Shown here: positions 27,810 through 36,562 of the stretch, piece after piece
How the letters are laid out: each line of letters starts with the position of its first letter
Position numbering within the stretch: position 1 is the first letter of the stretch
Assembly (NCBI GenBank): GCA_945877815.1
Contig: CAMDWJ010000020.1
Location: 467 to 64,466, forward strand
Direction of reading: 5' to 3'
DNA length: 64,000 bases
From: Caenispirillum bisanense
GTDB taxonomy: Bacteria; Pseudomonadota; Alphaproteobacteria; Rhodospirillales; UBA2165
Position numbers and translations under genes: made by a program
The notes under the pieces: generated by a model
Seen by the model: only the letters and a program-made list of their open reading frames with translations
Told to the model about the DNA's origin: nothing
Database searches by the model: none

Positions 27810-28646
27810 ATGCCCAAATCCCACGACAAAGCTCTTTCGCTTTCTGCAATCACGTTCAATACGTGGAATTGCCAGGGCGACTATCGCAAACGCCTGGCAC
27901 TCATGGAGGCGGGGCTCGGTGTGTTGGCGCCCGACCTGCTGCTTCTACAAGAAGTTTTTGCCACGCCGCGTGGTTGCGAGAACACCGCCCGATACCTGGC
28001 CAAACAACTCGACATGAAGTTCAGCTTCCACCCGGCACGCGCGAAGATGCGCACTCGGAACGGCGAAGCCATAACCTGCACCTCGGGCCTCGCAATTCTA
28101 TCGCGTCACGATATCGCGTGGTCCGAGAAAGTCGCTCTTCCGGCAGATCCGCGCGACGGCGAACGGATCGCGCAATTCGCGGAAATCCGCATCGGACGCG
28201 CACGCCTGCTCGTCGTAAATCTTCATTTGAGCCATCTCGAATACGCCGAAAATCTAAGGCGTCAGCAGCTGGAACAGATCATCGAACGGATCGAAAATGT
28301 CTGGAATCATGAACAGATTTTATTGGGCGGCGACTTCAACGCAACAGAACACAGCTCCCTCTTCGAGGTTCTGACGAACCGTCAGGCGCTGATGGTTGCA
28401 CGCGCCGAGACAGATCGGCCGATCGGTCTCGGCGTCGATCACCTGTTCGTGCTAAGACGGCCCGATGCCGCGACCGTGTCGATCACGCTGGCCCAATCGG
28501 TTTTGGATCGTAAGGACGATACATCCGGACTTTATCCCAGCGATCACGTCGGAATCATGGCGACCGTCACCCTCGATGCGCTATCCAAAACCGGCCCCAA
28601 AACGGTCACATCGGTGTCACACGAAGGAAATGCGCGCCGAATATAA
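27810..28646 (+). CDS. Endonuclease/exonuclease/phosphatase (EEP) family protein, catalytic motifs intact
   Basis: 278 aa. ITFNTWNC (motif I Asn), LLLLQEVF (Glu), VVNLHLSH, LLGGDFNA, GVDHLF, LYPSDHVGIMATV (Asp-His). No signal peptide. Confidence 0.85.
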   Translation: MPKSHDKALSLSAITFNTWNCQGDYRKRLALMEAGLGVLAPDLLLLQEVFATPRGCENTARYLAKQLDMKFSFHPARAKMRTRNGEAITCTSGLAILSRHDIAWSEKVALPADPRDGERIAQFAEIRIGRARLLVVNLHLSHLEYAENLRRQQLEQIIERIENVWNHEQILLGGDFNATEHSSLFEVLTNRQALMVARAETDRPIGLGVDHLFVLRRPDAATVSITLAQSVLDRKDDTSGLYPSDHVGIMATVTLDALSKTGPKTVTSVSHEGNARRI

Positions 28647-28654
28647 TCTGCCGC

Positions 28655-29476
28655 ATGCTATACAATCCATACGACAAACGTGACGCCTCCGCACCGCTCG
28701 CCGCGACGTCTTTCAGCACATCTTCCTGTGATGACGACTATCGCGCCAGATTGGGCATTATGGCGCGCGAGTTGGCGTTGCGGTCGCCGGACATTCTTTT
28801 GCTGCAGGACGTCTTCGCGACGGCCGATCATCGCTACAACACCGCTGCATACCTGGCGCGGCACCTTCACATGCATGCCTCCTTCCATCCCGCTCGGCCA
28901 AAAACGCGCCACCTCGACGGACGTCCCATCGATAGCCATTGCGGCCTCGCCGTCCTGTCGCGGCATCGCATTGTCGCGTCGATGAAAATCGATCTACCCC
29001 GCGATATGCGCGACGGCGAGCGGATCGCCCAATTCGTCGATCTCGACGTCGCGGGGACGCGCTTGTTGGTTGTCAATGTGCGGGTCAGTCATCTGGCCGG
29101 AGCCGAAGCATTGCGTCGCCACCAAATTGAACGTCTGGCCGACTTGCTGGCGGACGCGAGTGACTATGATCACATACTTGTCGGCGGCGACTTCAACACC
29201 GGTCCAAAAGATCCGGCCCTGACTCCCTTGCGCGACCTCGACGGTTTTTCGGTCAGCGAGGCGGCGCCGGGACGCGGGGTGGACCGCCTGTTCGGCCTCA
29301 GCCGCTATGGCGTGATGCCGATGGGCCTCAGCAACGCTCAGCCCGCACTGGAACGGCTCGATCCGGCCACAAACCTATTCCCAGGCGCCCGCGCGGCCCT
29401 TTCGGCCGATTTGGCCCTCGGCCAAATGTACGACCACGGCCAGCAATCTCTGGCCCTCCAAACCGCCGCGGAATAA
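28655..29476 (+). CDS. EEP-family paralog with degenerate catalytic motifs (probable pseudo-enzyme)
   Basis: 273 aa, clearly alignable to the upstream gene (FHPAR.K.R…GLA.LSRH…RDGERIAQF…RLLVVN…SHL…LRR.Q.E…IL.GGDFN). But TSFSTSSC replaces TFNTWNC, LLLQDVF replaces LQE, GVDRLF replaces GVDHLF, and LFPGARAALSA replaces YPSDHVG. Confidence 0.8.
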   Translation: MLYNPYDKRDASAPLAATSFSTSSCDDDYRARLGIMARELALRSPDILLLQDVFATADHRYNTAAYLARHLHMHASFHPARPKTRHLDGRPIDSHCGLAVLSRHRIVASMKIDLPRDMRDGERIAQFVDLDVAGTRLLVVNVRVSHLAGAEALRRHQIERLADLLADASDYDHILVGGDFNTGPKDPALTPLRDLDGFSVSEAAPGRGVDRLFGLSRYGVMPMGLSNAQPALERLDPATNLFPGARAALSADLALGQMYDHGQQSLALQTAAE

Positions 29477-29592
29477 ACCGGCGCGGACGCTGTTTGCCTG
29501 TTCGGAAGACGATGTCGTCCGGAGGGTCAAAGGTCCCCCCTTTATCGAGCACCCACCGACACACACCAATTCCTCTGTCCCTCAAGCATTAG

Positions 29593-29624
29593 CCGCTCCG
29601 CCCACGTGACGGAGCGGTTTTTTT
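29593..29624 (+). terminator. Rho-independent terminator after the EEP pair
   Basis: CCGCTCCG (29593-29600) / CGGAGCGG (29610-29617), 9-nt loop, then seven T (29618-29624). Confidence 0.7.
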
Positions 29625-29665
29625 GCCTATACTCGCGCCCTTTCAAGAGCAAGGAACGCGAAAAT

Positions 29666-30772
29666 ATGACCGTACGTAAAACTCCGCCCTTCCGCGCCGA
29701 TCAAGTCGGCAGCCTGCTCCGCCCCGACCACCTGAAGACCGCGCGTGCCGCCAATTCCGAGGGCAAGCTGAGCGATGCGGAGTTGCGCAAAATCGAGAAC
29801 GACGCCATCCGCGACGCCGTGAAGCTGCAAGAAGGCTTGGGGCTCGAAGCGATCACCGACGGCGAATATCGCCGCGAATCCTGGCAGCGCGATTTCCTGC
29901 GCGCCATGAACGGCGTTTCCTTCATCGAGGATATGGGCGGCAGCGTTACAAGCACCTCCAAGCAAGCCTTCGGCTTCGCAATCGAGGGCAAGGTGCGCAA
30001 TCCGCGCGGTATCATGACCGAGGATTTCGGTTTTTTGAAACCACTGGTCCACAAAACCGCGAAGGTTTGCATCCCTTCGCCCAGCCTCGCCTACCATCGC
30101 GGCGGCAGCGCCAATATCAACAAGACGGTTTATCCGGATATCGCCATGTTCTGGCAGGACGTGATCGATGCCTGGAAATCTGAGATAGCGCATCTCGCGC
30201 AACTCGGTTGCACCTATGTGCAGATAGACGACACATCCTTCGCCATGCTGTGCGATCAGCGCGCACGCGCCGCATTGAAGGCGCGCGGCGACGATCCGGA
30301 CGAGCTGCTGTCAACCTATGCCGACGTCGTCACCCGGTCGATCGCAGATCGGCCGGACAATATGCGCGCGGCCGTCCATATGTGCCGCGGCAATTTCGAA
30401 TCGAACTGGAACGGCGAAGGCGGTTACGAAGCCGTCGCCGAAAAAATGTTCGCCGAACTCAATGTCGACGGCTTCTTCATGGAATGGGACAACGACCGTT
30501 CGGGCGGCTTCGAACCGCTGCGTTTCGTGCAGCCGAACCAGACCGTCGTGCTCGGCCTCGTCACGTCCAAGTCGCCGGAACTCGAGAGCAAGGACATGCT
30601 CAAACGCCGTATCGACGAAGCGGCGAAATACGTGTCGCTCGACAATCTGTGCCTGTCGCCGCAATGCGGATTCGCCTCGACCGCCAAGGGCAACAAACTT
30701 ACGGCCGATGACCAGAAGCGCAAGCTCGCCCTCGTGATCGAAACCGCCGACGACGTTTGGGGCCGCGCGTAA
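29666..30772 (+). CDS. Cobalamin-independent methionine synthase family protein (MetE C-terminal-domain-like, single domain)
   Basis: I trimmed the track ORF to the ATG at 29666 (MTVRKTPPFRADQVGSLLRPDHLKTAR…). …AITDGEYRRESWQRDFL…, …CTYVQIDDTSFAML…, HMCRGNFES…, and a C-terminal LSPQCGFAST (Zn-ligand Cys region). 368 aa. Confidence 0.85.
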   Translation: MTVRKTPPFRADQVGSLLRPDHLKTARAANSEGKLSDAELRKIENDAIRDAVKLQEGLGLEAITDGEYRRESWQRDFLRAMNGVSFIEDMGGSVTSTSKQAFGFAIEGKVRNPRGIMTEDFGFLKPLVHKTAKVCIPSPSLAYHRGGSANINKTVYPDIAMFWQDVIDAWKSEIAHLAQLGCTYVQIDDTSFAMLCDQRARAALKARGDDPDELLSTYADVVTRSIADRPDNMRAAVHMCRGNFESNWNGEGGYEAVAEKMFAELNVDGFFMEWDNDRSGGFEPLRFVQPNQTVVLGLVTSKSPELESKDMLKRRIDEAAKYVSLDNLCLSPQCGFASTAKGNKLTADDQKRKLALVIETADDVWGRA

Positions 30773-30787
30773 GGCCGGCCTAAAAAC

Positions 30788-32041
30788 ATGAACTGGCTCG
30801 CCCGCCTCGCCGCTCCCTTCGCTGGGGCCCGGCGCGCGTTGGCGAGCCGGGGTTATCGGATCTATTGGATCGGCCAAATTCCTCACGTCCAGGGAATTTG
30901 GATACATCGTGTCGCGGCAGGCTGGCTAATTTTCGATCTGACCGGCTCGCCCGCCTGGCTCGGTGCCATCGGCTTCGCGATGTCCGCCTCCTCTCTTCTT
31001 CTCAGCCCAATCGCCGGCGCGGTCTGCGACCGCATGGGCCACCGCCGCACATCGGTGCTGTCCACCGCGAGCGGAATGCTCGTGATCGCATTGACCACGA
31101 CGCTCACCTTCCTGCACCTCGTGACGCCGTTTCTTTTATTTGCGCTGGTCGCGCTGCACGCTGTCTGCGTCGCCTTCGAATTTCCCTCGCGCCAAGCGCT
31201 GGTTCCGGCATTGCTCGACCGCTCGGTCCTCACCGAAGGCATGGCGATGAACTGGGCGGTTTTCAATGTCGCCTTTTTCACCGGACCGCTGATCGCCGGC
31301 ATCTTGTTGACCTTGGGCGGGCCGCAACTTGGATTTGCGACCGCCGTTTGCACCTACGGCTGGATGGCCGTCGCCTTGTTCCGCATTCCGCTCGACGAGC
31401 CGAAACTGCGATCGGTCAGATTCAATGGCCTGCTGCACGACATCGCATCGGGCATAGCCTATACCCGCAATCATCCGGTCATTCCCTACATCATCGGCCT
31501 GCAGGTCGCCGCTTCGCTTTTGGTGCGGCCTTATATCGATCTGATGCCGGGATTCGCGGTGCACGTTTTCGGGCGCGACGAACAAGGCCTCGCGATCCTG
31601 CTCGCGGCATCCGGGATCGGCGCATTGATCTTTTCCGTAGCACTCACTTTGTTTTCTCGCGAACGCTGGCTCGTTTATACCTTCGTCACCGGCATCATCG
31701 GATCGGCCCTCATGCTGCTGGTCTTCACGACCACCGATCAGTTTTGGACGGGTGTCGCGTGCCTCATCCTCCTCGGCGGACTCGCCACGACCACGGGCAT
31801 CGCCAATGCAACCTTGATCCAGCAATATGTCGATGCCAGCTATCGCGGCCGCGTGGTCAGTCTCAATATGGCGTTCCAGATCGGCGCGCCGGCGCTTGGC
31901 GCCTTCACGCTCGGTTGGCTCGCGGAATTCGTCGGGCTGCAATGGGCCTTGGGCTCGGGCGCCGTTCTCGTCATCATGGTGACCGCCCTCAACGCGCGTA
32001 AACTTCTCGCAAGACGCCGTGACATCGCGCCGCCAAGTTAA
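30788..32041 (+). CDS. MFS transporter (EntS/MFS_3-like)
   Basis: 417-aa polytopic protein. …YRIYWIGQIPHVQGIWIHRVAAGWLIFDLTGSPAWLGAIGFAMSASSLLLSPIAGAVCDRMGHRR…. Confidence 0.85.
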   Translation: MNWLARLAAPFAGARRALASRGYRIYWIGQIPHVQGIWIHRVAAGWLIFDLTGSPAWLGAIGFAMSASSLLLSPIAGAVCDRMGHRRTSVLSTASGMLVIALTTTLTFLHLVTPFLLFALVALHAVCVAFEFPSRQALVPALLDRSVLTEGMAMNWAVFNVAFFTGPLIAGILLTLGGPQLGFATAVCTYGWMAVALFRIPLDEPKLRSVRFNGLLHDIASGIAYTRNHPVIPYIIGLQVAASLLVRPYIDLMPGFAVHVFGRDEQGLAILLAASGIGALIFSVALTLFSRERWLVYTFVTGIIGSALMLLVFTTTDQFWTGVACLILLGGLATTTGIANATLIQQYVDASYRGRVVSLNMAFQIGAPALGAFTLGWLAEFVGLQWALGSGAVLVIMVTALNARKLLARRRDIAPPS

Positions 32042-33486
32042 GGTTGGGCGTCCGCCGCAATCGGTAGGCTTACGCGCGCCCGCAATCCGCCTTCAGGTCG
32101 ATTGACGAGCGCGATATCGCCGCCATGCGCATGCACGATGGTCCGTGCGATCGAAAGGCCGAGACCGATGCCGCCGGTTTGCTTGCTGCGCGACATCTCC
32201 AGCCGTACGAACGGTTCGAACACGCGGGTTCGGTCTGTCTCGGCAATGCCCGGCCCGTCATCGTCGATTTCGATCACCGCATTGTCCTTGTCGCGCTGCA
32301 GCCGCACGTTGGCACGGGTGCCGTAGATCACGGCATTTTCGATCAGATTGCTGAGTGCACGGCGAAGCGCGCTCGGACGGCAAGCGAGTGCGAAGCGTTC
32401 CGCATCCTCGCACACGACATCCTTGCCCATGGCCGCGAGATCGTCGCACAGGCTGTCGAGCAAGGCTGCGAGATCGACCGTCCGCGTGGACTCGGCGGCG
32501 GCCTCGTCTTTCGCAAAAGCGAGCGTCGCTTCGACCATCGTTTGCATATCGGCGAGGGTAGCCATCATGGCTTTCCGCGTCTCGGCATCCTCCACCAGTT
32601 CTGCTCGCAGCCGCAAAGACGTGATCGGAGTGCGCAGATCGTGCGAGATTGCCGCCAGCATACGCGTACGATCGTCGACGAAACGCCTTAAGCGGTCCTG
32701 CATCGCATTGAAGGCGACGATCGTCTGGCGCACATCCGACGGCCCGCGTTCGGGCAAGGGGGCCGTCGCCTCACCGCGCCCGAAACGTTCGGCCGCGCCC
32801 GCCAATTCGCGCAAGGGCCGCGTCGTGCGGCGCACGGTGAAGACCACGATGACGACCAACACGATCGCCGTCGCCGCCATGGATACGAGCGCCAAACCTT
32901 CGAAGGTCGGCGGTTGTGTTCGCACCAGCGTACGCATATTGAGCCATCGGCCCGATGCGAGATTGATCGATACGGTCAATCCGACGAAATCTCGAAACAT
33001 CGGCGGACGAGCGGCGTCGCGCAGCGGGTCCGGACTTTTCGCCGCGGGCGACTTCGTCTCGCCCTTCTTCGGTTCGCGCTGAGGCCGGAACCACCGGCCG
33101 AAGGGTTCGGTCTCGTAGGTCACGCGCACTTCGCGGGCGAGCGGGCCGAGTTCGTCGGCGAGGCGGCGTTCCAAGGTGACGTCACGATCCTCCATATCGG
33201 AACGGTCGAGCAGGCTGGCATCGGAAAGCTCGAACCGCAGACGGCGGTCGGAGGCGTTGCGCATCATGCGCCCCTGCAACTCGGCAGGCGTTTCGGCAAC
33301 CAAGCGCGCAAAGTCGACGGTGCGCGTCAGTATCTGATCGCGCGTCGTGCGTTCGACCGCGATGCGTCGTTCATCGGTAACGATCAGGAAGGCAACGGCC
33401 TGGGCCACAACCATCGCCGCCAGCAGAAAGACGACGAGCTGACCGGCGAGACTTCGCGGCCACAAACGGAGGAGAAAGTTTTTCAT
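32038..33486 (-). CDS. Sensor histidine kinase (periplasmic loop + HAMP + HisKA + HATPase)
   Basis: The ATG at 33486 overlaps the response-regulator stop as ATGA. H-box MLAAISHDLRTPITSL, N-box LSNLIENAVIYG, DDDGPGI, and GGIGLGLSIARTIV. Two TM segments flank a ~170-aa periplasmic region. Confidence 0.92.
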   Translation of the reverse strand: MKNFLLRLWPRSLAGQLVVFLLAAMVVAQAVAFLIVTDERRIAVERTTRDQILTRTVDFARLVAETPAELQGRMMRNASDRRLRFELSDASLLDRSDMEDRDVTLERRLADELGPLAREVRVTYETEPFGRWFRPQREPKKGETKSPAAKSPDPLRDAARPPMFRDFVGLTVSINLASGRWLNMRTLVRTQPPTFEGLALVSMAATAIVLVVIVVFTVRRTTRPLRELAGAAERFGRGEATAPLPERGPSDVRQTIVAFNAMQDRLRRFVDDRTRMLAAISHDLRTPITSLRLRAELVEDAETRKAMMATLADMQTMVEATLAFAKDEAAAESTRTVDLAALLDSLCDDLAAMGKDVVCEDAERFALACRPSALRRALSNLIENAVIYGTRANVRLQRDKDNAVIEIDDDGPGIAETDRTRVFEPFVRLEMSRSKQTGGIGLGLSIARTIVHAHGGDIALVNRPEGGLRARVSLPIAADAQP

Positions 33487-34199
33487 CGTTCCACCTTGGC
33501 GGTGAAGCGATAGCCGCCGCCCCAAACGGTTTGGATCAATGTCGGCGTTTTCGGATCGGGTTCGATCTTGCGGCGCAGGCGGCTCACCTGATTGTCGATC
33601 GAACGGTCGAAGGGGACGGCCGAGCGGCCACGCGTCAGATCCAGCAATTGATCGCGCGTCAGCACGCGGCCCGAATGATCGAGAAAAGCGGTGAGCAGCA
33701 GGAACTCGCCCTGCGACAAAGGTACGACGACGCCGTCGGCGCCGGTCAGTTCGTGCCGCCCGGCATCGAGCGTCAATCCAGCGAAACGGATAACGCCGCT
33801 GGTCGGCGCCGGGGCCTCGGGCGGCAGGCTATGGGTACGACGGATCACCGCACGGATACGGGCCAGCAATTCGCGCGGATTGAACGGCTTCACGATATAG
33901 TCGTCCGCACCCATCTCGAGTCCGATGATGCGATCGGTTTCCTCGCCCACCGCCGTCAGCATGACGATCGGCAGCCGCGTCGTCTCGCGCAAATAACGGC
34001 AGAGCGTGAGGCCGTCCTCGCCCGGCATCATCACATCAAGGATCACAAGGTCGATGGCGCCGGCCGCGAGCACACGCCGCATGGCGATGGCCCCGTCGGC
34101 CGCCGACACGCGATAGCCGTTCTTGGTGAGATAGCGCGACAGTGAATCGCGAATTTCGCGGTCGTCGTCGACGATCAAGAGGTGCGGTTGGTTGTCCAT
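33483..34199 (-). CDS. OmpR-family response regulator
   Basis: 238 aa. Receiver domain (HLLIVDDDREIRD…DLVILDVMMPGEDG…) plus a winged helix (…TRDQLLDL…RSIDNQVSRLRRKIE…IQTVWGGGYRF). Confidence 0.95.
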   Translation of the reverse strand: MDNQPHLLIVDDDREIRDSLSRYLTKNGYRVSAADGAIAMRRVLAAGAIDLVILDVMMPGEDGLTLCRYLRETTRLPIVMLTAVGEETDRIIGLEMGADDYIVKPFNPRELLARIRAVIRRTHSLPPEAPAPTSGVIRFAGLTLDAGRHELTGADGVVVPLSQGEFLLLTAFLDHSGRVLTRDQLLDLTRGRSAVPFDRSIDNQVSRLRRKIEPDPKTPTLIQTVWGGGYRFTAKVER

Positions 34200-34242
34200 G
34201 GCTCCATTGTGCCGTGCGCGGCTAGCCTAAGTCGAAGTTAAT

Positions 34243-34259
34243 TGTAACAGACTGTATCA
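34243..34259. promoter_or_regulatory. Candidate response-regulator box (direct repeat TGTAACA-N3-TGTATCA)
   Basis: Two 7-mers with 10-bp centre spacing, in the 172-bp region between the divergent RR gene and the EF-hand gene. This is the typical OmpR-family direct-repeat architecture. Confidence 0.3.
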
Positions 34260-34371
34260 GGTACCGCCCCGCGCCATGCAACGCGACACTTTTCAGCTTC
34301 CCCTGCCATAATCCACACACCGCGCCGCGCTACTGTCCTCTCATCAACAAGCGCATAGGAGGCGCACTTTT

Positions 34372-34890
34372 ATGAACCGCACCACAAAAACTCTTTTGAT
34401 CGCCGGCGTTGTCGCCATTGCCGGCACCGCCATCGTCGCCGGCACGGTGAACGCCCGTGACGGCGGAAACGACCGCCGCTCTCATCATGGTTGGCAAGAT
34501 CGCGACCACGGCGGAATGGGCGGTGGTCTCGCGATGATGGAGCAGTTCGACGCCAACAAGGACGGCAACTTGACCCAGGCCGAGATTGATCAAGCGCGCA
34601 AGGACAAGCTCGCCAAATTCGATACCAACAAGGACGGCAAGCTGAACTTGAAGGAATTCGAAGCCCTGTGGCTCGAAACCATGCGCCAGCAGATGGTCCG
34701 GTCCTTCCAACGTCTCGATGCCGATGGCGACGCCATCGTCACCTCGGACGAATACAGCAAGCCGTTCCAGCACATGGTCGATCGCCGCGATCGCAATGGT
34801 GACGGGCAGCTGAACAAGGACGACGCCCATCGCCGCCCGGTGCCCCGTAGCGACGCTCCGGCCGCTGCTCCCAAGGCGGCGCCTAAGTAA
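34372..34890 (+). CDS. Secreted protein with four EF-hand Ca-binding loops
   Basis: Signal peptide MNRTTKTLLIAGVVAIAGTAIVAGTVNA. Loops DANKDGNLTQAE, DTNKDGKLNLKE, DADGDAIVTSDE and DRNGDGQLNKDD. AGGAGG lies 9 nt upstream. Confidence 0.88.
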   Translation: MNRTTKTLLIAGVVAIAGTAIVAGTVNARDGGNDRRSHHGWQDRDHGGMGGGLAMMEQFDANKDGNLTQAEIDQARKDKLAKFDTNKDGKLNLKEFEALWLETMRQQMVRSFQRLDADGDAIVTSDEYSKPFQHMVDRRDRNGDGQLNKDDAHRRPVPRSDAPAAAPKAAPK

Positions 34891-34968
34891 GCATTAAGTA
34901 CGCGGTCTCCCCCTTGCCTACGGGCAAGGGGGAGCTACTCGTTCGGTGTACGGATGACAAAATCGTGA

Positions 34969-35577
34969 GTGTCGCGCATGTCCATAACCAAATACCTACG
35001 CGATCTTCCGCTACCGTTCTGGATCTTTCTTTCGCTTCCGGCAGTGCCAATGATTTCAGGCTTAGCGGCGAATGCCACCGACGCTGGCGGTCTGCTTCAT
35101 TCGACCGGCGAATTCGCCGCGCGCTTCATGATCGCGGCAATGATGATCACGCCGCTTCGTATGCTCTTCCCCAAAGCCGGCTGGATACGATGGCTCGTCC
35201 GCCGTCGTCGTGCGCTCGGCGTGACGGCATTCGGATATGCAATGCTGCATACATTGCTCTATCTCGTCGATATGGAAACCATGCGCAATGTCCTGGCGGA
35301 GTTCTGGGCATTGAGCATCTGGACCGGATGGGCAGCTTTCGCGATATTCGTCCCATTGGCGATCACCAGCAACGATGCGCTGCAGCGCCGGCTCGGCGAC
35401 GTGTGGAGGCCGCTCCATAGATGGATTTATCTGGCCGCTATCCTCACCCTTGTCCATTGGATGTTCATCCAAAACAATCTCGGACCCGCCCTCGTCAATT
35501 TTCTGCCTTTGGTTGCGCTCGAAAGTTATCGCGTTATCAAATACTTGGCTGCGTGCCGCACGCCGACGGACGCTTAA
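34969..35577 (+). CDS. Ferric-reductase-like transmembrane (YedZ/MsrQ-like) haem-b membrane protein
   Basis: ~200-aa polytopic protein. …GEFAARFMIAAMMITPLRMLFP…RRRRALGVTAFGYAMLHTLLYL…LHRWIYLAAILTLVHWMF… shows the paired His in the TM helices. Start is GTG 34969 or ATG 34978. There is no msrP neighbour. Confidence 0.7.
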   Translation: MSRMSITKYLRDLPLPFWIFLSLPAVPMISGLAANATDAGGLLHSTGEFAARFMIAAMMITPLRMLFPKAGWIRWLVRRRRALGVTAFGYAMLHTLLYLVDMETMRNVLAEFWALSIWTGWAAFAIFVPLAITSNDALQRRLGDVWRPLHRWIYLAAILTLVHWMFIQNNLGPALVNFLPLVALESYRVIKYLAACRTPTDA

Positions 35578-35603
35578 TCGATATCCTTAGAATGGAGACC
35601 AAA

Positions 35604-35909
35604 ATGATCGCACGTATCGCCATAATTGCCGCCGCCTGTGCCATTTTGTCGGTGTCCGAAGCCCAGGCGACCGGTTTGATGACCTGCCAGTCCGGCGATC
35701 AGTCGGGATGGAAGAGCGAGCAGATCCTAACCGACAAGATCAAATCGGAAGGCTGGCAAGTTCAGCGCATCAAGATCGACGGCGGGTGTTACGAGGTCTA
35801 TGGCACGACCCCCGAAGGCGATCGGGTCGAGGCCTATTTTCACCCAGTGACGTTGGAGAAGCTGCTGGTGTCGCGCCGCGGTGAAATCTTGTTTCGCAAA
35901 GCGAGCTAA
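35604..35909 (+). CDS. PepSY-domain periplasmic protein
   Basis: ATG at 35604 with GGAG 6 nt upstream. MIARIAIIAAACAILSVSEAQA is a signal peptide. …WKSEQILTDKIKSEGWQVQRIKIDGGCYEVYGTTPEGDRVEAYFHPVT… follows the PepSY pattern. Confidence 0.75.
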   Translation: MIARIAIIAAACAILSVSEAQATGLMTCQSGDQSGWKSEQILTDKIKSEGWQVQRIKIDGGCYEVYGTTPEGDRVEAYFHPVTLEKLLVSRRGEILFRKAS

Positions 35910-35959
35910 CGCGGGCGAACACGATCTTTCCCAATCCCCGGACCGGAAAGTCGGGCGGA

Positions 35960-36355
35960 CTATGCCTGCATAGCGGCCCGGTGCGCTACACGGAACTGCC
36001 ACAGCGCCAACGCCGGGGTCACCAGCAGTTCCATCACCAGGGCGGCGGACATCAAAACCGAGGGGACTCCAATGGCCACGACCGAGACCAAGCGCCCCAA
36101 ACCACCCGCCACGACAATCAAGGTCAGGAGTAAAAATAGCCCCCGATGTCGCTCGATACCGCGTACGCTCGCGCCATAGGCCAGCCCGATACCCAGCAGA
36201 AGCCCGGACAGGTAGCGGAAATGGCTGTCGGCATCGATCCCGCCCGCGCCGCCCAGCAGCCCCGGCCCGAGGATGATCCCGGCAAGGCCGGCCGAGATCG
36301 GCACCAAACAGCCGATGGCGACCGCAACCTGAAGCGCTCGCCGTTCCGATCCCAT
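35960..36355 (-). CDS. DUF4345-like small membrane protein
   Basis: I trimmed the track ORF to the ATG at 36355 (AGGAG upstream): MGSERRALQVAVAIGCLVPISAGLAGIILGPGLLGGAGGIDADSHFRYLSGLLLGIGLAYG…GGLGRLVSVVAIGVP…. Four hydrophobic helices. Confidence 0.6.
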   Translation of the reverse strand: MGSERRALQVAVAIGCLVPISAGLAGIILGPGLLGGAGGIDADSHFRYLSGLLLGIGLAYGASVRGIERHRGLFLLLTLIVVAGGLGRLVSVVAIGVPSVLMSAALVMELLVTPALALWQFRVAHRAAMQA

Positions 36356-36562
36356 GCTGTTCTCCTGGAAATACTTGATCCTGTTGTCTAATTTACGTTG
36401 AAACCCTAGGGGTGGATCACCCCGATCCTGCCCCCGCAGCCCACTTGCCAATCCCACCTCGGATCGATATAACCCCGCCTCCGAAGCGGTACGGCAGGAT
36501 AGGCGTGTGTTGCGTCCGGTCCTGGGCAGCCCAGCCGCTCGAACCAAAAATTGAGGTTTGAA

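Noticed and set aside
29477-29665. Riboswitch (cobalamin or SAM-type) controlling the MetE-like gene, with the 29593-29624 hairpin as its expression platform.
   Set aside because: I found no B12-box (GCCACTG-like) and no SAM-II or SAM-V-like conserved core in the 116 nt upstream of the hairpin. The hairpin is more simply the terminator of the EEP pair. An Rfam or Infernal scan would be decisive.
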